Shown here piece after piece: positions 10,271 through 20,026 of a stretch of DNA of 44,742 nucleotides; position 1 is the stretch's first letter; each line of letters begins with the position of its first letter. The position numbers and the translations under genes are program-made. Below the pieces are notes generated by a model, which saw only the letters and a list, made by a program, of their open reading frames with translations, was not told where the DNA came from and did no database searches. Source of the DNA: Flavobacteriales bacterium (GTDB lineage Bacteria > Bacteroidota > Bacteroidia > Flavobacteriales > TMED113); contig PBKX01000016.1 of assembly GCA_002722215.1 (NCBI GenBank), positions 16,927-61,668 on the forward strand, read 5' to 3'.

Positions 10271-11932
10271 ATGTGCAAAAAAATTAGTGTCATTATTTTA
10301 TTGCTTTCTTGCAATCTCTTGAGTCAAGATTATGGAAGCCACAATATAAGTGGTAATAGCCAGCTGAATTATCAAACATTTCAGGAAGACAATACCATTA
10401 ACGCTGACAAAAGAAAACCATACACATCAGGATATACTAATTTACTATACAATTACAACCAACTGAGTATCGGGACAAGATTAGAATTATATAATAACCC
10501 TATTCCCGGCCTTACAGAATACCAGGGATATGGAATAGCAAATAAGTTTATTCAATATAATAACCGAAATATTGATGTTACAATTGGAAATTTTTATGAA
10601 GAATTTGGAAGTGGGTTAATTCTTCGAAGCTACTTTGATCCTAATTTAGGTATAGACAACTCTATTAACGGATTCCGATTAAAGATTACATCTCCAAAAC
10701 ATGGAATATATTGCACCACATTAATTGGGCATCAAAAATCATACTGGGAATATAGCAAAAGTTTGATTCGAGCAATAAATTTAGACATAGGGTTAAATGA
10801 TTTTTTATTAAAGGATTGGGAATCTATAATTAATCTAGGGGGTAGTTTTGTAACAAAAAAAGAAGTTGATAATGACCCTATATATATATTGCCTGCAAAT
10901 ATTGGAGCGTTTAATGGGCGCATTAGCATAACTAAAAAAAACACTTCCGTAAATTTAGATTATGCATATAAAATTAATGACCCAAATGCTGAGAATAATT
11001 ATATCTATAAAAATGGGAATGCTGTGATTCTAACTACTAATTATTCTAAAAAAGGGCTTGGGGTTTCATTTGGCGCAAAGAGAATTCAAAATATGAGTTT
11101 TCGGAGTGAAAGAAATGCTATTTTACAAGATTTAAATATTAACTACATTACTCCATTTACTAAACAACAAGCCTATTCTTTAGCAACAATATACCCATAT
11201 TCTAGTCAGGCAAATGGAGAAATGGGTCTGCAATTTGATTTTTATTATACAGTTCCTAAAAAATCGAAAATTGGGGGGAAATACGGCACCCAAATTAATA
11301 TCAATTTTTCTAATATGTTTAGTATTAACAAAACCCTCGCTAGCGATGCTGAAGTACTAAATCAAAGTGGAACAGTTGGTTATGATTCTAATTTTTGGCA
11401 ATTAGGAGAAGATCAATTATTTCAAGAATTTAATATTGAAGTCAGTAAAAAAATTAATAGAAATCTAAAATTAATAGGAACATATATTGATCTAATCAAT
11501 AATGATAAAATTCTTAAATCCCAATCGATACCTGAAAACAAACAACACGAAATCATAAAGGCAAAAATTGTCATATTAGAGTCAATCATAAAGACAGGCT
11601 CTATAAAATTTCCATTATTCAACAAACCTGCTAGAACATCTATCAGAACTGAAATACAACACCTATATACTGAACAACATTTTGGAAATTGGGCAATGGG
11701 CCTAATAGAGTATAAAATTTCAAAATTATTTTTCTCTGTACAAGACTTATATAATTACGGCTATAGCGAAAAACCTCATTATTATTCTACATCCATTGGT
11801 TATAATCAGGGAGCACATAGAATAGCAATAACTTACGGAAAACAAAGACAAGGATTATTTTGTGTCGGGGGAGTGTGTAGAGAAGTGCCTGCATCAAATG
11901 GGTTTTTAATTAGTTTAACGAGTTCATTTTAA
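10271..11932 (+). CDS. DUF6029-like outer-membrane beta-barrel protein with C-terminal CVGGVC motif
   Basis: Signal peptide then Q; GNFYEEFGSGLILRS, DNSINGFR; C-terminal YGKQRQGLFCVGGVCREVPASNG..ISLTSSF with terminal Phe. Start is ATG 10271 or TTG 10259. Confidence 0.8.
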   Translation: MCKKISVIILLLSCNLLSQDYGSHNISGNSQLNYQTFQEDNTINADKRKPYTSGYTNLLYNYNQLSIGTRLELYNNPIPGLTEYQGYGIANKFIQYNNRNIDVTIGNFYEEFGSGLILRSYFDPNLGIDNSINGFRLKITSPKHGIYCTTLIGHQKSYWEYSKSLIRAINLDIGLNDFLLKDWESIINLGGSFVTKKEVDNDPIYILPANIGAFNGRISITKKNTSVNLDYAYKINDPNAENNYIYKNGNAVILTTNYSKKGLGVSFGAKRIQNMSFRSERNAILQDLNINYITPFTKQQAYSLATIYPYSSQANGEMGLQFDFYYTVPKKSKIGGKYGTQININFSNMFSINKTLASDAEVLNQSGTVGYDSNFWQLGEDQLFQEFNIEVSKKINRNLKLIGTYIDLINNDKILKSQSIPENKQHEIIKAKIVILESIIKTGSIKFPLFNKPARTSIRTEIQHLYTEQHFGNWAMGLIEYKISKLFFSVQDLYNYGYSEKPHYYSTSIGYNQGAHRIAITYGKQRQGLFCVGGVCREVPASNGFLISLTSSF

Positions 11933-11935
11933 ATT

Positions 11936-12811
11936 ATGAAAAAAAGAATACCTGCAATTTTGTTAATTATTTTATTATGCTGGATATCATGTGATAAAAT
12001 AGAGCCACCATATATAGAAGCCGGAAATCAGAGCGCGGAAAAAACTATATTAATTGAAAAGTTTACTGGGCATAAATGTAGTAATTGTCCAGAAGCAAGC
12101 AGAAAAGTAGATGAATTAAAGGATTTTTATAAAGACAATTTAATTTCTATTGCCATACATCCTGGGGCATTAACAGAATTCACTGGCATTGATGAAAATT
12201 ATCCGTATGATTTCACAACTAATGCTAGTGATTTAATTGCAACTGATATGGGAGCTAGTTTCCTCCCTCTTGGAACTGTAAATAGAGTGGCCGGTGGAAT
12301 TTCTAATAGATGTTTTACAAAAGATGAATGGGCACAAGAAATAGATAATTTATTATATGATGATGATGGGAACCCCTTGGAAAAAAACATCGATTTTAGC
12401 ATAAACACCTCATTAAATGAGTTAAATAAAGAACTTACTATTCAAACTAATATTATCCTACTAAACAATCTAGAAACTAATTATAATTTATGTCTTGTAA
12501 TAATAGAAGATGGAATTATTTCTCCACAAGATGATGGAAGTGAAACAATTCAAGATTATGAACATAATGATATTTATAGATCTGCTGTAAATGGGGCATA
12601 TGGAGAAAATATAACCAAATTTGCTTTTGTTAGCCTAGAAGGACAATCCGGATATCAAGCAACACACACCTTAATATTTAATGAAGATGCTAATGTTAAT
12701 TGGACAAATGATTGGAATAATATAAATAATTGTGCTGTATTAGCATATGTTTATAATACGGAGACCTTGGTTATTGAGCATGTTCAAAAACATCATATTA
12801 TTCATGAATAA
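11936..12811 (+). CDS. Omp28-family outer-membrane lipoprotein with CxxC
   Basis: Lipobox WIS-C; LIEKFTGHKCSNCP, IAIH, PLGTVNR, IIEDGIISPQ, YEHNDIYR..VNG..GE, VLAYVYN. Confidence 0.85.
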   Translation: MKKRIPAILLIILLCWISCDKIEPPYIEAGNQSAEKTILIEKFTGHKCSNCPEASRKVDELKDFYKDNLISIAIHPGALTEFTGIDENYPYDFTTNASDLIATDMGASFLPLGTVNRVAGGISNRCFTKDEWAQEIDNLLYDDDGNPLEKNIDFSINTSLNELNKELTIQTNIILLNNLETNYNLCLVIIEDGIISPQDDGSETIQDYEHNDIYRSAVNGAYGENITKFAFVSLEGQSGYQATHTLIFNEDANVNWTNDWNNINNCAVLAYVYNTETLVIEHVQKHHIIHE

Positions 12812-13418
12812 AATTGTTGTCTTTTTTTTTATTTTGGCATCAAATTTTTGCTATAGTCAAGACTTCAATGCAGGCACTATTATTGGGATAAACACCAGTC
12901 AAGTATCAGGTGATAATTTATCCGGATTCAATAAATTGGGGCTTAGAATCGGTGGATTTGTAAATCGGAAATTCCGACATTTTGATGGACAAATAGAATT
13001 ACAATACATAAACAAAGGTAGTCGAGAACTAATTGAACAAAACACATATAACGAAGGCTATAAGTTTCAAGTCAATTATATAGAAATACCTATTTCAATG
13101 AAAAAAAACATATATAAAAACAGTCATGTTGAATTAGGATTTTCCATAGGACATCTACTCAATTGGATTGAAGAATACGATGGAATTGATAATTATGGAA
13201 TTGATATAAAAAAAATTGAATATAGTTGTCATATAGGATTTCAATATAAAATTAATCCGAATCTATATTTTAACAGCAGACTCTCTAATTCCCTTTCCCC
13301 GATAAGACCACACTCTTTGAATCAACATAATTCAGATTCTAATGTATATCAATGGAATAGAGGACAGTATAATACATCTATATCTTTTGTAATAAAGTAT
13401 TATTTTCTTAAAAAATAG
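12804..13418 (+). CDS. Small outer-membrane beta-barrel (PorT-like / porin family)
   Basis: Start ATG 12804 overlaps the omp28 end; signal peptide ..CYS-Q; [35 protein letters not shown]. Confidence 0.75.
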   Translation: MNKIVVFFFILASNFCYSQDFNAGTIIGINTSQVSGDNLSGFNKLGLRIGGFVNRKFRHFDGQIELQYINKGSRELIEQNTYNEGYKFQVNYIEIPISMKKNIYKNSHVELGFSIGHLLNWIEEYDGIDNYGIDIKKIEYSCHIGFQYKINPNLYFNSRLSNSLSPIRPHSLNQHNSDSNVYQWNRGQYNTSISFVIKYYFLKK

Positions 13419-14424
13419 TTTGCTGATTACCGGGTCGTATTTTTCCTAAAAAATCATACGCACTTTGTGTCACTTGTCGCCCCCTTGGTGTCCTTTCTAA
13501 ATAACCCTGTTTAATTAAAAACGGCTCATATAATTCTTCAATCGTATTTGCTTCTTCTCCAACAGCGGTTGAAATTGTTGTTAATCCAACAGGTCCACCT
13601 TTAAATTTTTCAATCATACAGTTAAGTATTTTCTTATCCATTTGATTAAGCCCATTTTTATCCACATTAAGAGAGTTTAGGGCCATGTCTGTAATGGCCA
13701 TATCAATATCACCATTACCTTTTACGAGAGCAAAGTCTCTAATCCGACGAAGTAGTGCATTGGCAATTCGTGGGGTACCTCTACTTCTACTAGCTATTTC
13801 TGAAGCAGCCTCCTTACTTATTCCAACTTCTAAAATACTTGAAGACCTTAGGATAATAGAACTTAAAACATCTGAGTCGTAATACTCTAACCTAGAGGTG
13901 ATCCCAAATCGATCTCGAAGTGGAGATGATAAAAGTCCCGCCCTAGTGGTTGCGCCAATTAAAGTGAAATGATTTAAATTAATTTGTACTGAGCGAGCGC
14001 TCGGACCACTCTCAATCATAACATCAATTCGAAAATCTTCCATTGCAGAGTATAAATACTCCTCGATGACCGTACTCAATCGATGTATTTCATCAATAAA
14101 TAGGACATCTCTATCTTCTAAGCTTGTCAATAATCCAGCTAAATCACCCGGTTTATCTAGCACTGGACCAGATGTTATTTTTAAATTAGACCCTAGTTCA
14201 TTTGCTATAATATTTGCTAATGTTGTTTTTCCAAGTCCAGGTGGACCATATAATAACACATGATCCATACCCTCACCTCTCCTATTAGCTGCTTCAACAA
14301 AGATTTCTAAATTAGAAATAACATTTTTTTGCCCAGCAAAATCTAAAAATTGACTAGGCCTTAATTTATTTTCAAATTCTTTATCTAATGAATTATACTG
14401 ATTTGGTTTTTCTTTCTCCTCCAT
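13408..14424 (-). CDS. ruvB: Holliday junction branch migration helicase RuvB
   Basis: LRP..F.GQ, Walker [47 protein letters not shown]. Confidence 0.98.
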   Translation of the reverse strand: MEEKEKPNQYNSLDKEFENKLRPSQFLDFAGQKNVISNLEIFVEAANRRGEGMDHVLLYGPPGLGKTTLANIIANELGSNLKITSGPVLDKPGDLAGLLTSLEDRDVLFIDEIHRLSTVIEEYLYSAMEDFRIDVMIESGPSARSVQINLNHFTLIGATTRAGLLSSPLRDRFGITSRLEYYDSDVLSSIILRSSSILEVGISKEAASEIASRSRGTPRIANALLRRIRDFALVKGNGDIDMAITDMALNSLNVDKNGLNQMDKKILNCMIEKFKGGPVGLTTISTAVGEEANTIEELYEPFLIKQGYLERTPRGRQVTQSAYDFLGKIRPGNQQTIF

Positions 14425-14480
14425 ATAATTTGATGTACATAAACAAGTTATGAATTAATTAAAAGAAAAACTATAAATTA

Positions 14481-16238
14481 TTAGTGATGTTCTTCCTCGC
14501 CTTTCTTTAAGGGGACTGTTTGAGGCACAAAATCATCATCCATTCCTGGCTTAGAATAATCATATGCCCATCTGTGAACAGCTGGTATTTCACCTGACCA
14601 ATTACCATGAATTCTCTCAACTGGAGCAGTCCACTCTAGAGTGTTAGATTTCCAAGGATTTTGTGGTGATGGTGTTCCTCTAAAAATACTATAAAAGAAA
14701 TTAAAAAAGAATACGACTTGTATTAATGCTCCAGCTATAGCAAAAAAACTAACTATTTCATTAATATCAACTAAATTATCAAACATCGGGAATGCACTAT
14801 TCGAATAATAACGCCTTGGCAGTCCTGCCATCCCTAAAAAGTGCATGGGAAAAAATGTTCCATAAGCACAAATGAATGTACCCCAAAAATGGATATAGCC
14901 TAATTTTAAATTCATTAACCTGCCATACATTCTAGGGAACCAATGATAAACACCAGCAAGCATCCCAAAAATAGCAGACAATCCCATTACAATATGAAAA
15001 TGTGCAACAACAAAATAGGTGTCATGAACATTAATATCTAATGCACTATCACCTAAAATTAAACCTGTTAAACCTCCAGTAATAAAGGTAGATACTAGTC
15101 CTATTGAAAATAACATGGCTGGAGTAAATTGCAAATTGCCTCGCCATAAAGTGGCTATATAGTTAAACACTTTAATAGCAGAGGGAATAGCAATTAATAA
15201 TGTTGTAAAAACAAAGACTGAACCCAAAAATGGATTCATCCCAGTAATAAACATATGATGTCCCCAAACAATAAATGATAAAAATGCAATTGCTAATATA
15301 GAGCCTATCATTGCTCGATAACCAAAAATAGGCTTTCTTGAATTCGTTGCAATAATTTCAGAAGTTAAACCCAATGCTGGTAATAAAACAATATAAACTT
15401 CTGGGTGGCCTAAAAACCAAAATAAATGCTGAAACAAAATAGGGTTACCTCCTGCATGAGATAATACTTCTCCTTGGACAAGTATATCAGACAAATAAAA
15501 ACTTGTTCCAAAACTTCGATCAAAAATTAATAATAATGCTGCTGATAATAATACAGGAAACGATAAAACACCTAAAATTGCTGTCACAAGCAATGCCCAG
15601 ACAGTCAGAGGAAGTCTTGTCATAGACATGCCTGTTGTCCTTAAATTTAACACAGTAACAATATAATTTAATCCACCCAATAAAGAGGACACAATAAATA
15701 AAGTCATACTAACCAACCATAAGGTCATACCAAGACCTGACCCAGAAATAGTTTCTGGCACAGCGCTCAAAGGAGGATATATTGTCCAGCCTGCAGATGC
15801 TGGTCCAGATTGAACAAACAAAGAAATAATCATTACAACACAAGATGCAAAAAAGAACCAGTATGAAAGCATGTTTAAAAAGCCAGAAGCCATATCACGA
15901 GCACCTACTTGAAAAGGCAATAATAAGTTTGCAAATGTACCACTTAAACCTCCTGTTAATACAAAAAAGACCATTATGGTCCCATGTATGGTAACTAACG
16001 ACAAATAAATGTCTGGACTCATCACTCCTCCTTCAGCCCATCTACCTAAAAAAGTGCTTAATATACTGTTTGATTCACCTGGATTAGCAAGTTGTATTCT
16101 AAATAATGCCGACATAACCATTGCAATAACACCCATGACCATACCAGTAATCAAAAATTGTTTTGATATCATTTTATGATCCAAACTAAAAACATATTTT
16201 GAGAAAAAATTTTCTTTGTGATGTCCGTGTTCACTCAT
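14481..16238 (-). CDS. ctaD: Cytochrome c oxidase subunit I, A1-type heme-copper oxidase
   Basis: TIHGTIM, GWTIYPPL, WFLGHPEVY, VWGHHMF, HDTYFVVAHFH, GLPRRY; D-channel ARDMA and K-channel PSAIK residues present. Confidence 0.96.
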   Translation of the reverse strand: MSEHGHHKENFFSKYVFSLDHKMISKQFLITGMVMGVIAMVMSALFRIQLANPGESNSILSTFLGRWAEGGVMSPDIYLSLVTIHGTIMVFFVLTGGLSGTFANLLLPFQVGARDMASGFLNMLSYWFFFASCVVMIISLFVQSGPASAGWTIYPPLSAVPETISGSGLGMTLWLVSMTLFIVSSLLGGLNYIVTVLNLRTTGMSMTRLPLTVWALLVTAILGVLSFPVLLSAALLLIFDRSFGTSFYLSDILVQGEVLSHAGGNPILFQHLFWFLGHPEVYIVLLPALGLTSEIIATNSRKPIFGYRAMIGSILAIAFLSFIVWGHHMFITGMNPFLGSVFVFTTLLIAIPSAIKVFNYIATLWRGNLQFTPAMLFSIGLVSTFITGGLTGLILGDSALDINVHDTYFVVAHFHIVMGLSAIFGMLAGVYHWFPRMYGRLMNLKLGYIHFWGTFICAYGTFFPMHFLGMAGLPRRYYSNSAFPMFDNLVDINEIVSFFAIAGALIQVVFFFNFFYSIFRGTPSPQNPWKSNTLEWTAPVERIHGNWSGEIPAVHRWAYDYSKPGMDDDFVPQTVPLKKGEEEHH

Positions 16239-16258
16239 AATTATTTGGTTTTTTTTAA

Positions 16259-17392
16259 TTATAAATTTGAAATTCTAGTATTATTTTGAGTTTCCATCCA
16301 TGCATTATATTCTTCTTCTGTTTCGACTATCACTTTCATTTGCATATTATAATGAGCATTTCCACAAATCTTATTACATAACATAACATATTCAAATGAT
16401 TCATCATTCAATTCTTTTTTCATATCAACAGTTGTAATTGTTGGTGTAAAAGCAAATTGTGTTGTTGTGCCTGGGACACAGTTCATCTGAACTCTAAAAT
16501 GAGGAAGATACGCAGAATGAATCACATCTTGTGATCTAAACTTAAATAAAACTTTTTTACCTACTGGAAGATGAAGCTCTTTTGTGACAACATCATCTTC
16601 TGCTGACAATAATTTATCCATTGGTGTGGTGATAAAATATGTAATCAGTGTTTTTTTCTGTTTTTCTAATTTATCAATTTTTTTAGTGATTAATTTTTTC
16701 TCAGCAGGATTTTCACTACTCTTCAAATCTAAATTTAAATTGATGATTTTTTTTTCAATCGCTGAAATTTGATTTTCTTTAGTTTTCTGAGAAATAACCC
16801 CCAGTTCATTTTTACCCCCAACAAATCGTACATCAGCTCGACCTAACTTATTATCATCACCCGCATATCTTGCTGTCCAACTAAATTGCTTAGCATAAAT
16901 TTCGATAACCATTGCATCTGATATATCTTGATTTACGATTTTACCCCAAACTACCAATCCATAACTTATCAATGCCATTAGGACAACAGCTGGGATTGCT
17001 GTCCAGAAAAATTCTAGCTTATTATTATGTGTAATATAACTTGCTTTTTTATCTTCTTTTCCTCTATAAAAAAATGCTATCCCAAATAACATGGGTGTCA
17101 AGATTAAAAAAACAACAATAATTAATCCCATCGTTGTATCCCATAAATTATCTATAATGGGACCATGTTCCGAAGCGGCAACTTGTAGTGTTTCATCCAT
17201 CCACTCTGCTCTTTGCCAAAAGAAAAATGCTAATAGCCCTATACCACTCAATAATAATAGTACACCATTAATATGGTTAGATCTATCACTAACTTCATTT
17301 TTTGTTTTTGTAATCAGATTAGAAAGCTCGAAAATTCTAACAACTTGAGCAACAAAAACAATAGCAACTAAAACAATTAATACTTTTATCAT
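16259..17392 (-). CDS. ctaC: Cytochrome c oxidase subunit II (CuA)
   Basis: LEFFWTAIP, KQFSW..RY, SQDVIHSAYLP, CNKICGNAHYNM. Confidence 0.95.
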   Translation of the reverse strand: MIKVLIVLVAIVFVAQVVRIFELSNLITKTKNEVSDRSNHINGVLLLLSGIGLLAFFFWQRAEWMDETLQVAASEHGPIIDNLWDTTMGLIIVVFLILTPMLFGIAFFYRGKEDKKASYITHNNKLEFFWTAIPAVVLMALISYGLVVWGKIVNQDISDAMVIEIYAKQFSWTARYAGDDNKLGRADVRFVGGKNELGVISQKTKENQISAIEKKIINLNLDLKSSENPAEKKLITKKIDKLEKQKKTLITYFITTPMDKLLSAEDDVVTKELHLPVGKKVLFKFRSQDVIHSAYLPHFRVQMNCVPGTTTQFAFTPTITTVDMKKELNDESFEYVMLCNKICGNAHYNMQMKVIVETEEEYNAWMETQNNTRISNL

Positions 17393-17406
17393 TTTTTCAA
17401 TTATTA

Positions 17407-18894
17407 TTAAATATGATGATGTTTGCTTTCTATTAACATTGGATGATTTTTTTGATCAAGTGGAACTTTACTTAAAGCACGTAGAACCACAAATGTAAAA
17501 AAGCCAACATAGCCCAAAAAGGTTCCGATTTCTACAAACCCTAAATGCCAATGTGTTCCAACTGTACCAGGCATAATCATAACAAAAACGTCAATAAAAT
17601 GACCAATTAAAATTAATATCGCAACAAATAAGACCTGCCCTTTTAATCTTTTTGCTGCTCTATCCTGTATTAACAACATTGGTGTCATAAAATTCAAAAT
17701 TAATGCTACTATGATTAGAATATGATATGACTCAAACCTAATTAAGTAATATGTAACTTCCTCTGGGATATTAGAATACCAAATCAACATATATTGAGCA
17801 AACCATAAATAAGTCCAGAAAATACTAAATGCTAATAAATATCTTCCAAAGTCATGCATATGATTCTCATTTACATTTTCCAAATAACCACTATATTTTA
17901 AATGAATAGTAATGATAGCAATCACTGCACATGCCGAGACAAAAAATGATGCAAAACTATACCATCCAAAAAGAGTACTAAACCAATGAGTATCTATTGA
18001 CATAATCCAGTCCCATGCTCCTGTTGAAGTCGTTATAGCCGCAAAGACAATAAACATGGCCGAGAGTGCAAACATTTTATTATGCCACTTCAATCCTCCT
18101 TCTTTATCTTCATTTAATGAATATCTTCGTAATAAGAAAGCTACTAAACACCAACCCAATAAATAGATAATAGCTCTAATAATGAAAAAAGGAATATTTA
18201 AATATGCGGTTTTTCCATCTATGATATAATCATATTTTTTATTTTTTACAACTCCAGCAACCTTTTCATCTGTGTACTGAGGATGATCTGTGCCGATTGT
18301 ATTCTCGTATACATACTCATATGTTAAAGATGAATCCATCCAATGATAAGTGTGATGCCAATGTAAAGCGCCTGTTATTATGATAAATAACATAATTGCC
18401 CCACCAAAAGGTAAAAACGAACTTACAGCCTGAGGAATACGAAGCAATGAGGCTGACCAGCCAGATTGAGAAATATATTGAACTGCTAACCAAACTAAAC
18501 CGCCCAACGAAATCATTAAGAAAAATAAATTACTCACAAATAAACTAGACCAAGGTCTTTGTTTTTTAGCATGAAAATAATGCTTAGTTCTGTAAATCAC
18601 ATCATCTATTGATTGAGCATTTGCAATTTCTTCTTCAGAAAAATGACAATGGAATTCTTTTTCTATTGCATGAAATAAATGTGAAAATTTATACACTGAA
18701 GAAGCATGATGTTTATCTTTTTTTATCTTATTTTTATTAGATAAACCTTTGTATAATTCTTTTACTTTTACTTTAATTTCCGCATCTGAATAATGTGTCT
18801 TTGATGCAGAATAAAATCCGTAGCCTATCGCAACAATGCCAATCGCAATTAACGCAAAACAGATTGATTTAGTATTTTGTGTAAATGTGTACAT
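17407..18894 (-). CDS. actF: Alternative complex III membrane subunit ActF
   Basis: WDWIMSIDTHWFSTLFGWY, VNENHMHDFG, FWTYLWFAQYMLIWYSNIPEE; sixth gene of the act operon. Confidence 0.9.
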   Translation of the reverse strand: MYTFTQNTKSICFALIAIGIVAIGYGFYSASKTHYSDAEIKVKVKELYKGLSNKNKIKKDKHHASSVYKFSHLFHAIEKEFHCHFSEEEIANAQSIDDVIYRTKHYFHAKKQRPWSSLFVSNLFFLMISLGGLVWLAVQYISQSGWSASLLRIPQAVSSFLPFGGAIMLFIIITGALHWHHTYHWMDSSLTYEYVYENTIGTDHPQYTDEKVAGVVKNKKYDYIIDGKTAYLNIPFFIIRAIIYLLGWCLVAFLLRRYSLNEDKEGGLKWHNKMFALSAMFIVFAAITTSTGAWDWIMSIDTHWFSTLFGWYSFASFFVSACAVIAIITIHLKYSGYLENVNENHMHDFGRYLLAFSIFWTYLWFAQYMLIWYSNIPEEVTYYLIRFESYHILIIVALILNFMTPMLLIQDRAAKRLKGQVLFVAILILIGHFIDVFVMIMPGTVGTHWHLGFVEIGTFLGYVGFFTFVVLRALSKVPLDQKNHPMLIESKHHHI

Positions 18895-19494
18895 TTAATT
18901 ATTCTCTTTTTGTAATTCGTTAACATACATTATAATTTGCCACCTTTCTTCCGGACTAATTTGCGATGCATGCCCCCCCATAGCATTAAAACCATAGGTA
19001 ATAGCATGGTACATATGTCCATCTGACAATTCTTTCATAGTGGTGCCTGATCTCCTCAACAATACATCATCCAAGTAACTTGGGACAGCGCCATAAAGCG
19101 GATGTTGAATAGACCCTTTACCATCTCCATTTTTACCATGACAATGTGCACAGAACATAACATATAGCGCCTCTCCTTCTTCGATGTTACTTAAATTGTT
19201 TTTTAGTGGATTTATTAAATTTTCACCTGCTTGTAAGTATTCATCTAATGTGTTGTCATACTCAAATGGAACAAAACCTCTAGGAATTGTACCCTTTACT
19301 GGCTGTCTAGCAGTAGAATTATTTGGGAATAAGGGGTTCTCTGAATAAGTTTCATAAGACGGGGATCTATACATGTCTGGCATATATTCATATCCCGGAT
19401 GTTTAGTTAATTTTCTTCCATCAGAAGCGGAATCACCACAACCTATTGTAAGAATTAATATAAATACTAATATATAAGCTATCTTATTTGACAT
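18895..19494 (-). CDS. actE: ACIII monoheme cytochrome c lipoprotein ActE
   Basis: Lipobox TIG-C; YMPDMYRS, PVKGTIPRG, CAHCH, AMG.HASQ..PEERW. Confidence 0.9.
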   Translation of the reverse strand: MSNKIAYILVFILILTIGCGDSASDGRKLTKHPGYEYMPDMYRSPSYETYSENPLFPNNSTARQPVKGTIPRGFVPFEYDNTLDEYLQAGENLINPLKNNLSNIEEGEALYVMFCAHCHGKNGDGKGSIQHPLYGAVPSYLDDVLLRRSGTTMKELSDGHMYHAITYGFNAMGGHASQISPEERWQIIMYVNELQKENN

Positions 19495-19495
19495 A

Positions 19496-20026
19496 TTATT
19501 CTTTTTCTTTTATTTCCTCAGCTCCTGTTTTTTTCATCAAATCTTTTATTTCTTTTATCTTCTTAGCATCTCCATTTGTATGTATTTCCATTAAAAATTT
19601 ATCATCTGTTGTTCTCGGATCTGGACTTTTTGACGAAGAACCTGGATATAAACCACATCTAATTAAAAATGTTATTACCATCAAATGAGCTCCAAAAAAA
19701 ACTGTCATTTCAAATGTCACAGGAATAAATGCAGGTAAATTTTCATTTAATGTAAAACTCGGTTTTCCCCCAATATTCATAGGCCAATCATGTATCATAA
19801 TATACCAAAACATAAACAGTGCACAAGAAGCTCCTATGCAACCATAAATAAAGGAACAAATTGCAATACGAGAGTATTTTAAACCCATAGCAGTATCGAG
19901 TCCATGTATAGGAAAAGGAGTATAAACCTCATCAATATGATGTCCTTTTTCTCGAATGGCTTTGACCGCATCTAGAATAACATCATCATCTCCATATACA
20001 CCATATATAATTTTTTCTTTACTCAT
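19496..20026 (-). CDS. actD: ACIII subunit ActD (DUF3341)
   Basis: VYTPFPIHGLD.AMG, WPMNIGGKP, PAFIPVTFEMTV, DPRTTDDKF. Confidence 0.92.
   Translation of the reverse strand: MSKEKIIYGVYGDDDVILDAVKAIREKGHHIDEVYTPFPIHGLDTAMGLKYSRIAICSFIYGCIGASCALFMFWYIMIHDWPMNIGGKPSFTLNENLPAFIPVTFEMTVFFGAHLMVITFLIRCGLYPGSSSKSPDPRTTDDKFLMEIHTNGDAKKIKEIKDLMKKTGAEEIKEKE

Noticed and set aside
8295-12811. Selenocysteine (UGA) in the redox motifs
   Set aside because: All motif positions are TGT or TGC, and the frames are uninterrupted.
7565-13418. Redox cluster as a mobile genomic island between ruvA and ruvB
   Set aside because: No integrase, transposase, flanking direct repeats or evident composition shift; ruvA and ruvB are commonly unlinked in Bacteroidota.
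12804-13418. Calling the small barrel porT/sprT
   Set aside because: Only family-level resemblance to a large paralogous group; orthology cannot be supported by eye.
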